A DNA stretch of 64,000 bases, taken from Terriglobia bacterium (lineage in GTDB: Bacteria > Acidobacteriota > Polarisedimenticolia > Polarisedimenticolales > JAIQFR01). The stretch lies in assembly GCA_020073205.1 (NCBI GenBank), contig JAIQFR010000012.1:747-64746 (forward strand). The letters run 5' to 3'. The translations under genes and the position numbers were made by a program. Every line of letters starts with the position of its first letter. Position 1 is the stretch's first letter. Below are positions 37,661-47,488 of the stretch, piece after piece. Below the pieces are notes generated by a model. That model had not been told where the DNA came from, did not search any database, and saw nothing but the letters and a program-made list of their open reading frames with translations.

Positions 37661-38548
37661 TTACCGCGGTGCCGATTCCGAGGAGACCAGCGCGATCCGT
37701 ACTCCGACGGCGCTCCCGGAGACGAACGGGAGAATCTCGGGCCGGACCGCGCGCGACCGTGCGTGGAGGTGAACCATCCCCTTGCCGATGGCCCGGCCCA
37801 GCATCGCCGCGCCCACCACGTCGGAGAGCCAGTGGGCGTCGTGCTCCAGCCGGTGGACGCCGACGGCGCCGGCAAGCGCGTAGAGCGGCCACCGCACCGA
37901 GCGGTAAGGGTAGACCTCGCTCACGCTGGCCGCGAATGCGAAGGCGCCGATGGCGTCGCCGGAGACGAACGACGAGCTGCCACCGACCGTCGACCCGCGG
38001 GGCCCTTGGAAGTCGTACGGCCCGTTCGCGGTCGGCGGCCGCTCCCGGTGGGTGAGCGACTTGATCACCGCGCTCGCGCGGACCGCCCAGAACGCCGACT
38101 CCGCCGCGAGGAAGCCCGAGTCCGAGAGGCGCTCGTCCCGGAACGCGAGCCCCGCCACGAAGAGCCCCGCCCCGTAGAGCGTCAGCCGGCTTCCGATGAA
38201 GCGGTCGCGGATCGGGTCCACCAGGTCGATGACGGTTCTCGATCGGCGATCCTGGACGAAGTCGCGCGCGCGGCCGTCGAGCGGGATCAGCCCCACCGTG
38301 ACCGCCGAGCCGGCGGCGGCCCTCCCCCACTCGGCGGCGCTCCACGCGGCAGGGCGCGCCGCGAGGTTCAGCGGGTCCTTCACGAGCCACTCGAGGTACT
38401 TCGAGGCCCCCCGCTCGCGAACGTAAGGGAGGAAGGGTCCTTCGCCGGTCGCCGCGCACGCTGGCAGCGCCGTCGAGAGGCTCGCGGTAAGGTAGACCGC
38501 CATGGCGGCGAGCCGGACGGCTCGAGCGGCATTCCGCGGAGCGGTCAT
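37661..38548 (-). CDS. PAP2-superfamily phosphatase-like protein (variant motif 2)
   Basis: Signal/anchor N-terminus. Motif 1 is KSLTHRERP. Motif 2 is SGD where PSGH is expected. Motif 3 is HRLEHDAHWLSD. Confidence 0.75.
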   Translation of the reverse strand: MTAPRNAARAVRLAAMAVYLTASLSTALPACAATGEGPFLPYVRERGASKYLEWLVKDPLNLAARPAAWSAAEWGRAAAGSAVTVGLIPLDGRARDFVQDRRSRTVIDLVDPIRDRFIGSRLTLYGAGLFVAGLAFRDERLSDSGFLAAESAFWAVRASAVIKSLTHRERPPTANGPYDFQGPRGSTVGGSSSFVSGDAIGAFAFAASVSEVYPYRSVRWPLYALAGAVGVHRLEHDAHWLSDVVGAAMLGRAIGKGMVHLHARSRAVRPEILPFVSGSAVGVRIALVSSESAPR

Positions 38549-38623
38549 GCGCCGAGCATGCTCTTCCCTACGTCACGGCTCAACCCCCGCCGGGAGGATC
38601 GGTGAGGCGGTGTCCCGGTCAGC

Positions 38624-39913
38624 TCACGCTCGCGAGGGGATCCCGTCCGACGCGGCGGGCTCCTGCGGGAGCCCCTCGAGGACGTCCGTCCTCGCGTCAC
38701 GGTCCGCGCGGAACTCGCCGAGGGCGATGGGGACCGCCACCTTGAGCATGAGCGTGAAGATCAGGAAGCCGACGGAGAAGATCCCCGCGGCGATCCGAAG
38801 CTCGGTCAGCGTCGGGCTGTACTCGTAGATCTCGCCGAGCGTGTCGGGAGTCAATCCGGGGATGATGAGCCCCATCCCCTTCTCGATGTACACGCCCGCG
38901 TACGTCGCGAGGCAGCCGAGGTTGAGCGTCAGCCAGCGCCTCCGCGTGGCCGGAACGATGAAGAGCGCGAAGGCGAGCAGATTCAGCGCCACCGCGGACC
39001 AGGCGTACGGGACGAGCGTGCGGTGCGCTCCCAGCCCCGAATACCAGTACTTCGTGTAGAGCAGGTGCTGCGTGTCGGAGTAGAACTCCTTGAACGCCTC
39101 CGCGCCGTGGAGGAACAGGTTGAGGAACATCGCGTACGCCATCAGCTCCGCGATCTTGTGGATCGCGTCGTCCTGGATCTCGAACCGCGTGAATCGTCGC
39201 AGGAGCTGGAGCATGATCAGGAGGATCGCCGGACCGGAGCAGAACGCGGAGGCGAGGAACTGGGGGGCCAGGATGGACGAGTTCCAGTACGGGCGGGCGG
39301 CGAGCCCGTTGTACAGGAACGCCGTGACGGTGTGGATTCCCACCGCCATCGGAATCGAGAGGAGGACCAGCGGCACGACCAGACGCGTCGCGTACGGCCG
39401 GCCGGTGAAGGCCCGGTACAGGATGTGGGTCACCACCACGAGGTTGACGAGGAAGTACAGGTTGAGCACGATGACGTCCCACGCCAGGAGGGACGAGGGG
39501 AAGTTCAGGTGCCCGACCCACGGGATCAGGTGCCAGACCCGGTCCGGCCGCCCGATGTCCACGAGGACGAACAGGAAGCACATGACGATGGCGCTCACCG
39601 CCAGTAGCTCGCCGTACACGACGATCTGCCGGATCGGCTTCCAGTCGTAGACGTAGGCCGGGATGACCAGCACGACGGCGGCCGCGGCCACGCCCACCAG
39701 GAACGTGAAGTTGCCGATGTAGAAGGCCCAGCTGACCTGATCCCGCATGGCCGTGACGACGAGACCCGTCGAGAGCTGGCGGGCGTAGGCGAGTGCGCCC
39801 GACGCGATCAGCACGAGGAGGAACGCGACCCAGGTCCAGTACCCGGCGCTCCCGCGGAGGACCCGCCACAGGCTTCCCGCGACGAAGTGAGCGAAGAGTC
39901 GTGCGGTTCTCAA
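38624..39913 (-). CDS. NrfD/PsrC-family quinone-interacting membrane subunit (module 1)
   Basis: The 429-aa polytopic protein has a TTG start 7 nt after the FeS gene stop. Helix pattern and motifs (YWNSSILAPQFLASAF) match polysulfide-reductase NrfD-type subunits. Confidence 0.85.
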   Translation of the reverse strand: MRTARLFAHFVAGSLWRVLRGSAGYWTWVAFLLVLIASGALAYARQLSTGLVVTAMRDQVSWAFYIGNFTFLVGVAAAAVVLVIPAYVYDWKPIRQIVVYGELLAVSAIVMCFLFVLVDIGRPDRVWHLIPWVGHLNFPSSLLAWDVIVLNLYFLVNLVVVTHILYRAFTGRPYATRLVVPLVLLSIPMAVGIHTVTAFLYNGLAARPYWNSSILAPQFLASAFCSGPAILLIMLQLLRRFTRFEIQDDAIHKIAELMAYAMFLNLFLHGAEAFKEFYSDTQHLLYTKYWYSGLGAHRTLVPYAWSAVALNLLAFALFIVPATRRRWLTLNLGCLATYAGVYIEKGMGLIIPGLTPDTLGEIYEYSPTLTELRIAAGIFSVGFLIFTLMLKVAVPIALGEFRADRDARTDVLEGLPQEPAASDGIPSRA

Positions 39914-39920
39914 GGCCGCC

Positions 39921-40802
39921 CTACGTGCCGTAGAAGTAGAGGAACTTCGGCATCGTGCTCAGCTCCTCCTTCAGGACGAGCACGCGCTTGTGCTCGATGA
40001 TGTAGCGGATCTCGCCGCCCGGGTCGAGCAGGTCGCCGAACTTCCGCGCGCCCGCGGGGCAGACCTCGACGCACGCGGGGTACCGCCCGACGCGCGTGCG
40101 CTGGATGCAGAAGGTGCATTTCTCCACGACGCCCTTCGGCCGCGGCCGGTTGCCGAGGACGTGCATCCGCGGGTTGAGCTCGCCCGCGGGTATGGACGGC
40201 TCCTTCCAGTTGAAATGGCGGGCACCATAGGGACACGATGCCATGCAGCAACGGCAGCCGATGCACCAATCGTAGTCGATCACGACGATGCCGTCGGGCT
40301 CCTTCCAGGTCGCTCCGCTCGGGCACGTCTTCACGCAGGGCGGGTTCTCGCACTGCTGGCAGGCCACGGGAACGTAGAAGTGGCCTTCCTCCGGAACCTC
40401 CGCCGGATGGTAGTAGGGATCGGCGTGCGAGAAGTCCACGCCCCGCTCCTTCTCCATCGCGAGGACGCGGATCCACTGCACCGCTGGGTCCCGCGACGGG
40501 TTGTTCTCCTCGACGCAGGCGTACACGCAGCGGCGGCAGCCGACGCAGCGGGACAGGTCCAGCGCGTACGCGAACCGGACTCCCGGGATGGCGGGGGTGT
40601 CCGCGACCGTCACCGGCACGCCGTAGGTTTCGGTGTATCGGCGCTCCAGCTCCCGGAGCGACGCGCGCAGCCTCTCGCGGGGCATCTCGACGAGGCGTTT
40701 CGGCCCGCACGCCGTCAGGATCCAGGCGGCCCCGGCCGCGGCGGCGCACGAGACGAACTTCCTCCGCGAGAGACATTCCTCGCCGTTCCCGTCGCCTTTC
40801 AC
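39921..40802 (-). CDS. Tat-exported 4Fe-4S dicluster subunit (NrfC/PsrB/DmsB-like, module 1)
   Basis: Listed ORF 39921..41327 was trimmed to GTG 40802 (GGAAGGGGA upstream). Twin-arginine SRRKFV. Cys clusters CVGCRRCVYAC, CQQCENPPC, CIGCRCCMASCP and CTFC...CVEVCP. Confidence 0.88.
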   Translation of the reverse strand: MKGDGNGEECLSRRKFVSCAAAAGAAWILTACGPKRLVEMPRERLRASLRELERRYTETYGVPVTVADTPAIPGVRFAYALDLSRCVGCRRCVYACVEENNPSRDPAVQWIRVLAMEKERGVDFSHADPYYHPAEVPEEGHFYVPVACQQCENPPCVKTCPSGATWKEPDGIVVIDYDWCIGCRCCMASCPYGARHFNWKEPSIPAGELNPRMHVLGNRPRPKGVVEKCTFCIQRTRVGRYPACVEVCPAGARKFGDLLDPGGEIRYIIEHKRVLVLKEELSTMPKFLYFYGT

Positions 40803-40821
40803 GCAGGGTCCCCTTCCGTGC

Positions 40822-41358
40822 CTAGGGTCGCGACGGCCGCAGCGGCGCGGGCTTCGGTGCCAGCGGCCGGAACCTGGGCTGGTGCGGATTGTGACAGTTG
40901 GCGCACAGGAGGTACTTCTTTCGGCCGTTCCACTCCCCGGTGCGCCGGCCATGAACCCCCGCCCTCCAGTCCCTGAGCTTCTCGCCGTGGCACTGGCCGC
41001 ACAACAGGTAGGACTGCTCGAACGCGATCGGCTCCCCGCTGGCCAGGTGGAGACGGTCGCGGTTCTCCGCGTCGTGGCAGTCCAGGCACCACCGGTGCTG
41101 CTCGTCGTGCCGGAGCTCGATCTCCTGGTGCATGTCCGTGAGCCGGCGCCGCGTGCGGTTCGCCTCCATACCCGCGTGGCAGCTCGAGCACGGGAAGATC
41201 CCGTCGGAGAACGGTGGAGGAGGAACCTCGAGGTGCTGGTCGGACGACCCCGGCTCGTCCGGCGTCTCGGCGCGTCCCGCGGGCCCGCTGGCCAGAAGCA
41301 CCGCGATCGCCGCGAGGCGCAGCGCACCCGGGAGGCGGGATTCCACTCGGAGCCTCAT
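40822..41358 (-). CDS. Periplasmic tetraheme c-type cytochrome (module 1)
   Basis: Signal peptide plus four CxxCH motifs: CSSCH, CLDCH, CGQCH, CANCH. Confidence 0.9.
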   Translation of the reverse strand: MRLRVESRLPGALRLAAIAVLLASGPAGRAETPDEPGSSDQHLEVPPPPFSDGIFPCSSCHAGMEANRTRRRLTDMHQEIELRHDEQHRWCLDCHDAENRDRLHLASGEPIAFEQSYLLCGQCHGEKLRDWRAGVHGRRTGEWNGRKKYLLCANCHNPHQPRFRPLAPKPAPLRPSRP

Positions 41359-41361
41359 CGT

Positions 41362-41832
41362 CTACGTGTAGCGGAGCTCGACGACCCGCTGCATCTCGCG
41401 GAGCCACATCGTCTGGAAGACCTGGAGGCGGTGGCCGATCACGGCCGCGACGTTCCGGGTCACCACGTACGCCACGGACGGATGCGCGGAGAAATGGTCG
41501 AGCAGCGCGGCCCGCGAGAACGCGGTCAGCTCGCTGTCCACCGCCGCGGTGGCCTTCAGCGTGAACCGGTGGGGGGGGACGAGCCCCGACCATCCGAGGG
41601 TCTCCCCCGGGAGCCTCTCCTCGATGAGCACGTCCTCCTCCGCGCCGCGGACCTGCATCGGCAGCGTGAGCGTGACGCGCCCGCGCACGACCTGGAACAC
41701 GCTGGCGGCCGGCTCCCCGAGGCGGAACAGCACCCCGCCGGCCGGGACGGCCATCGGGGTCCCGATGGCCAGCAGGCGGTCCGCCTCGTCCCCGGAGAGC
41801 CCTTTCAGGAGATCGGTCTGAGCGCTCGGCAT
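41362..41832 (-). CDS. Stand-alone cyclic-nucleotide-binding (cNMP/Crp-type effector) domain protein, no DNA-binding domain
   Basis: ATG 41832 has GAGGTG 8 nt upstream; the listed GTG 41838 is an alternative. LFRLGEPAASVFQVVRGRV...GETLGWSGL fits the beta-roll cNMP-binding fold. The protein ends after about 157 aa with no HTH. Confidence 0.75.
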   Translation of the reverse strand: MPSAQTDLLKGLSGDEADRLLAIGTPMAVPAGGVLFRLGEPAASVFQVVRGRVTLTLPMQVRGAEEDVLIEERLPGETLGWSGLVPPHRFTLKATAAVDSELTAFSRAALLDHFSAHPSVAYVVTRNVAAVIGHRLQVFQTMWLREMQRVVELRYT

Positions 41833-41844
41833 CGTCACGACACC

Positions 41845-42159
41845 TCAGTTCACGAAGGGCGACGCCGTCCGGGAGTGGAGCGACTCCGGCGTCGGGACGT
41901 CGAGGAACGACTCCGCGGCGGCCTGCTCGAGCCGCACGTGGCGCTCGATGTGGCTGAGCAGCACCTCGAGCGGGATGGGGGGGGGCACGGCCGGCTTGGC
42001 CGATCCCCCGGCGAAGAACCTCGGCGTATCGAGGGCAAGCCTCGGATCGGGCCGGACCTCGGGACGGATCTCGGCGGCGTGACCGGTCCTGTCGAACATC
42101 AGGACGCACACCGCCGTGGCGATCACGCTGGTGAACACGATGGTCAGGAACATCATCAT
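41845..42159 (-). CDS. Small single-pass membrane protein, unknown function
   Basis: Listed start 42201 lies inside a sigma54 -12 element. I reassigned it to ATG 42159, preceded by GGAGGAGGG-N6 (MMMFLTIVFTSVIATAVCVLMF = TM helix). Confidence 0.55.
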   Translation of the reverse strand: MMMFLTIVFTSVIATAVCVLMFDRTGHAAEIRPEVRPDPRLALDTPRFFAGGSAKPAVPPPIPLEVLLSHIERHVRLEQAAAESFLDVPTPESLHSRTASPFVN

Positions 42160-42195
42160 GGCGAGCCCTCCTCCGTGCGCCGACGGGGTCAGCGA

Positions 42196-42213
42196 TTGCA
42201 TTCCGCCTGCCAG
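42196..42213 (-). promoter_or_regulatory. Sigma54 (-24/-12) promoter candidate for the module-1 operon
   Basis: The minus strand reads CTGGCAGGCGGAATGCAA, i.e. TGGCAG-N5-ATGCA versus consensus TGGCAC-N5-TTGCA, with canonical GG/GC spacing. It lies about 40 nt upstream of the RBS+ATG at 42159. A sigma54-dependent activator is encoded divergently. Confidence 0.65.
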
Positions 42214-42297
42214 CGGCGGCAGGGTCGCCGGAACGCCGTGAAGCGCGGTTTCCCGGGACCTTGGCGCGGCGAGACCCGCGAGATCCGGCTCGGTCCC

Positions 42298-42341
42298 GAC
42301 AGATTGTCAGGACCTGCCTGACGGAATGTCAGAAGTTGACA
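42298..42341. promoter_or_regulatory. Cluster of TGTC/GACA inverted repeats, candidate enhancer-binding-protein sites (UAS)
   Basis: Sequence is GACAgatTGTCAGGacctgCCTGACggaaTGTCAgaagtTGACA. It contains three overlapping inverted repeats sharing a TGTCA/TGACA core, about 100-145 bp upstream of the sigma54 -12 element (minus-strand sense). Confidence 0.45.
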
Positions 42342-42364
42342 CCGCCGATTCGCCCGCGCAGTAT
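42336..42364 (+). promoter_or_regulatory. Sigma70-like promoter candidate for the kinase/regulator operon
   Basis: TTGACA (42336..42341) - 17 nt - CAGTAT (42359..42364). The -35 is part of the last TGTCA/TGACA inverted repeat. Confidence 0.35.
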
Positions 42365-42416
42365 GGGAAACGTCGCTGCCGGCTCGCCTTGCGCGTGGGA
42401 TTTCCCCGGAGCCCGG

Positions 42417-44287
42417 ATGAGACTCCGCCTGACCAGCATGACGGCCGGGCTGACCGTGGGGGTCACGGCTGCGGTGGCGATCGCCTGCGCCGCGGGCACC
42501 TACCTGTACTCCGTCCATCACTTCCGGACCCTCCTGGAGACCGCGAGGTCGACGGCGCTGGCCCAGGGACAGATGATCCGGGCCGGCCTCGAGCACCAGA
42601 TGATGGAGAACGACCGCAGCCTCATCGGGAGCATGATCGAGACCTTCGGCCGGGAGCCGAACGTCGAGAAGGTCATGCTGCTCGACCGCGAGGGGCAGGT
42701 GCGGTACACCAGCGCGCCGCAGGTGACCGAGCGGCAGCTGAAGATCGATTCGCCGACCTGCCAGGCGTGCCACCGCCTCCCGCCCGAGCAGCGAGCCTCG
42801 AGCCGGGTCATCGAGACGGGCCAGGGGACGCTGCTGCGCACGGTGATCCCGGTGCGCAACCGGGAGGCGTGCCACCGGTGCCACGATCCGGGCCACCGGA
42901 TCAACGGCATCCTCATCGTGGACGTCGACGCCGGCGAGATCCGGGCGACGATGAATCGCGATCTCCGGTGGATGGTCGGGGGGAGCGCCGGCCTGGCGCT
43001 CCTCCTGGTCGGCGCCATCGCGGTAGTGGTGCGACTCTCGGTGATGGGCCGGCTCCAGCGATTCGAGACCACCGCGCGCCGGATCGCGGCGGGCGATCTC
43101 GAGCGGCGCGTGCCCGTGAAGGGCTCCGACACCCTCGCCTGGCTCGGCCGGGAGTTCAACTCCATGGCCGACACCATGACGGGACTGCTCGCGGACGTCC
43201 GCGACCAGCGCCAGGAGCTCGAGACCGTCATCAACGGCATCGACGACGGCATCGTGGTCCTGGACCGGGATCGGAAGATCCTCGCCGCCAACGACGCGTT
43301 CCTGCGCCGCACCGGCCGGGATCGCGCCGGCGTCCTCGGCTCTTCGTGCCTCGAGACCGCGGCGGGCGCGTGCGGCGCCGTCGATTGCCCGACCCTGGCG
43401 TGCCTCAGGACCGGGGAGCACCAGGTCCGGATCTGCCAGCGCCGGACGCCGTCGGGCGAGCCCGCCTGGGAGGAGGTGCACGCGTCGCCGATCCGGCGGC
43501 CTTCCGGCGCCATCGCGCAGGTCGTCGAGGTCTGGCGGGACATCTCGGAGCGGCGCGCGGCCGAGGCCCGCCTCGCGGAATCCCACCGGCTGGCGTCGCT
43601 GGGGCTGCTGGCGTCGGGGTTCTCGCACGAGCTGAACACGCCCCTCGCCACGATCCTCGCCTGCGTCGAGGGAATCCAGCGCTCCGCGCGAGCGGAGGGC
43701 CGCTCGGACCCCGAGGACTGGCGCCGGATCGGGGAAAACGCTTCGATCGCGCGGGAGCAGCTTCTCCGGTGCCGCGGGATCACGCAGCACTTTCTCCGCC
43801 TGTCGAGAGGGCAGCGGTCGCCCGGCGACCTCGTGGACCTCCCGGAGACCCTCGCGGCCGTGACCCGGCTGATCGAGCCCACGGCCCGCGCGGCCTCCGT
43901 GACGATCCGCGTGGAGCCCGTCGCGCCGGGGACGTCCGTCCGGGTCAATGAGGCCGACCTGCACCACGTGCTGCTGAACCTGGCGCTGAACGCGATCCAG
44001 GCGTGCGGGCGGGACGGCCGGGTCGTCCTGGGCGCCGAAGGCGGCGATCCCGTCCGGATCCGCGTCATCGACGACGGGTGCGGCATCGCGTCGGAGAAGC
44101 AGCAGCGGATCTTCGAGCCGTTCTTCAGCGATCGGCGTGGAGGAACGGGACTCGGCCTGTTCCTGTCCCTCGACCTGGTCCGCCAGTGGGGCGGCGACAT
44201 CCGCGTCCTAAGCGCGCCCGGGCGCGGCTCCACGTTCGAGGTGTCGATTCCCGCCGCGGGAGGCACCGCGCCGCCCGGAGGGGCCCC

Positions 44288-44291
<4 letters not shown>
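42417..44291 (+). CDS. Sensor histidine kinase: TM - periplasmic loop with two CxxCH heme-c motifs - TM - HAMP - PAS - HisKA - HATPase
   Basis: ATG 42417 inside listed ORF 42261..44291 (ATG 42363 is an alternative). CQACH lies at 42759..42773 and CHRCH at 42870..42884, between two TM segments. H-box is FSHELNTPL; the N/G boxes are LNLALNAIQA and DDGCGI...GTGLGL. Confidence 0.9.
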
Positions 44292-45649
<1,358 letters not shown>

Positions 45650-45786
45650 GTCCGAGCACGCCGCCGCATCGCCCGGGTTCCGCCGCGCGGGACTTTCATC
45701 TTGACATCGACGCGATACCTGGTAACACATGACGCCCGAGAGGGCGTCCATTGCGGACATTGGAGTCCTCTTTCCAGGAGGCACGG

Positions 45787-46935
45787 ATGAGGCGCGTGGG
45801 GTTCGTCGTGGCGGTCGCGTGCGCGCTCGCGTGCTCGGCGCCGGGTCTCGCGACCCCGATCGTCAAGGGACGGTTCAGCCGGAGCGACACGTGCGGGGAG
45901 TGCCATCGCGACATCTACCGGATGTGGCGGGCGTCGGCGCACGCCAGGTCGATGGAGGATCCGGTCTTCCTCGACGCGTACCGCCAGACGAAGGACCGCG
46001 AGGGAGCGGCGGTGGGCCGAACCTGCCTCGAGTGCCACGCGCCCGTGGTGAGCGTGACGAAGGACTACGACCTCACCCAGAAGCTGTCCTGGGAGGGCGT
46101 CAGTTGCGACGTGTGCCACTCGATCACCGCGGTGGAAACCTCGGCGGCGGGAGCGAGGTACACGCTGGACGTCGGGGTCGTGAAGCGCGGGCCGATCAAG
46201 GACGCGTCCTCGCAGGCGCACGACGTGCGTTACTCCGAGCTGCACGCGCAGGCGCTGGTGTGCGCGCCGTGCCACGAGTTCGCCAGCCCCGACGGCACGC
46301 CGCTCATGACCACGTACTCCGAGTGGCGGCAGAGCGAAGCGGGGAGATCCGGCAAGAGCTGCCAGCGCTGCCACATGGGGCGGACGAAGGCCGACGTCGT
46401 GGATCCCATCGTCAAGAGGGTGCCCGACGCCGAGGTGAACCTGCACGAAGTTCCGGGGGGACACTCCCTGGAGCAGCTCAATCGGGCCCTGGACGTCGCC
46501 CTCCTGCCGAGGCGCGAGTCCGACGCGATCCTCCTCGACGTGCGGCTCCGGAACCGCGGAGCGGGCCACGCCGTTCCCACCGGAATGCCGGGCCGCCATG
46601 TGATCCTGAGCGTGAAGGTCCGCGCCGGCGGCAAGGACCCCGACGAGGAGCGGCGGACCTATGGGAAGAACTTCGTCACCGCGGGAGGAGAGCCGATCTC
46701 CAGGGACAGCTCCTACTTCGCCCGGGGCGTCCGTCTCGCCTCCGACACCCGGCTCAAGGCCGACGAGGAGCGCACCGAGCACTTCCGCTTCAAGGTCCCG
46801 GCGGACGCCACCGCGTTCGTCACGGTGAAGCTGGAGTACGAGCACGCTCCGACCGGGACCGACGAGAACCGGACCTCGATCACGTTCTTTTCCGAGGAGC
46901 GCGCGCTGCTCCCCGGGAAGCCGCCCGGGTCATGA
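45787..46935 (+). CDS. Pentaheme c-type cytochrome with C-terminal non-heme beta-rich domain (module 2)
   Basis: AGGAGG lies upstream of ATG 45787, inside listed ORF 45751..46935. Signal peptide (lipobox-like ALACS). CxxCH motifs: CGECH, CLECH, CDVCH, CAPCH, CQRCH. The C-terminal roughly 170 aa contains NRGAGHAVPTGMPG. Confidence 0.88.
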   Translation: MRRVGFVVAVACALACSAPGLATPIVKGRFSRSDTCGECHRDIYRMWRASAHARSMEDPVFLDAYRQTKDREGAAVGRTCLECHAPVVSVTKDYDLTQKLSWEGVSCDVCHSITAVETSAAGARYTLDVGVVKRGPIKDASSQAHDVRYSELHAQALVCAPCHEFASPDGTPLMTTYSEWRQSEAGRSGKSCQRCHMGRTKADVVDPIVKRVPDAEVNLHEVPGGHSLEQLNRALDVALLPRRESDAILLDVRLRNRGAGHAVPTGMPGRHVILSVKVRAGGKDPDEERRTYGKNFVTAGGEPISRDSSYFARGVRLASDTRLKADEERTEHFRFKVPADATAFVTVKLEYEHAPTGTDENRTSITFFSEERALLPGKPPGS

Positions 46936-47015
46936 CGGGAGGCTCGGCCCGCGCGCGCGGCGTCGAGCGGCCCGGACGAGGAGGGGACGGTGGGAATTCA
47001 GAGGGTGGCATCGGC

Positions 47016-47477
47016 ATGAGGGGACGATTCCGGGAGGTTCAGCACCTCGTCCGCGCGGCGCTCCTGTTCCTGGCGGGCGTCGCCGCGTTCCTCCTGCTAC
47101 GGCAATCGCTGGTGCCCAAGGGCTTCGGCGAGTACGGGCACTTCCGGAGCGGAGCGCTCGAGGACAACCGCGGCCGCCCGCTCCAGTTCGCGGGGATGGC
47201 CGCCTGCGAGGAGTGCCATTCCGACGTCGTCGAAGCGAGGAAGGGGAGCAAGCACGCGGCGGTGCGCTGCGAAGCCTGCCACGGACCCCTCGCGGCCCAT
47301 GCCTCGGACCCGACGACGGGAAAGCCCGTTCGGCCGGACCCGAAGACCGTCTGCCTCGTCTGCCACCGCGACAACGTCGCCAAGCCGAGAGGGTTCCCGA
47401 AGGTCGATCCCGGGGAGCACGGCGGCGGCGAGGCGTGCAACACCTGCCACAAGCCCCACCATCCGGAAGTCGCCTAG
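47016..47477 (+). CDS. Membrane-anchored tetraheme c-type cytochrome (module 2)
   Basis: ATG 47016 inside listed ORF 45729..47477. N-terminal TM (AALLFLAGVAAFLLL). CxxCH motifs: CEECH, CEACH, CLVCH, CNTCH. Confidence 0.88.
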   Translation: MRGRFREVQHLVRAALLFLAGVAAFLLLRQSLVPKGFGEYGHFRSGALEDNRGRPLQFAGMAACEECHSDVVEARKGSKHAAVRCEACHGPLAAHASDPTTGKPVRPDPKTVCLVCHRDNVAKPRGFPKVDPGEHGGGEACNTCHKPHHPEVA

Positions 47478-47488
47478 GAGGTTCGCGG

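Noticed and set aside
45650-45786. Possible sigma54 promoter upstream of the module-2 cytochrome operon (TGGAGT-N5-TTCCA at 45761..45776; AGGGCG..TTGC at 45741..45754)
   Set aside because: The first lacks the invariant -12 GC (it has CC). The second has the wrong GG-to-GC spacing, short by 1-2 nt. Only a weak TTGACA-N16-TAACAC sigma70-like element (45701..45728) remains, and it is not convincing enough to list.
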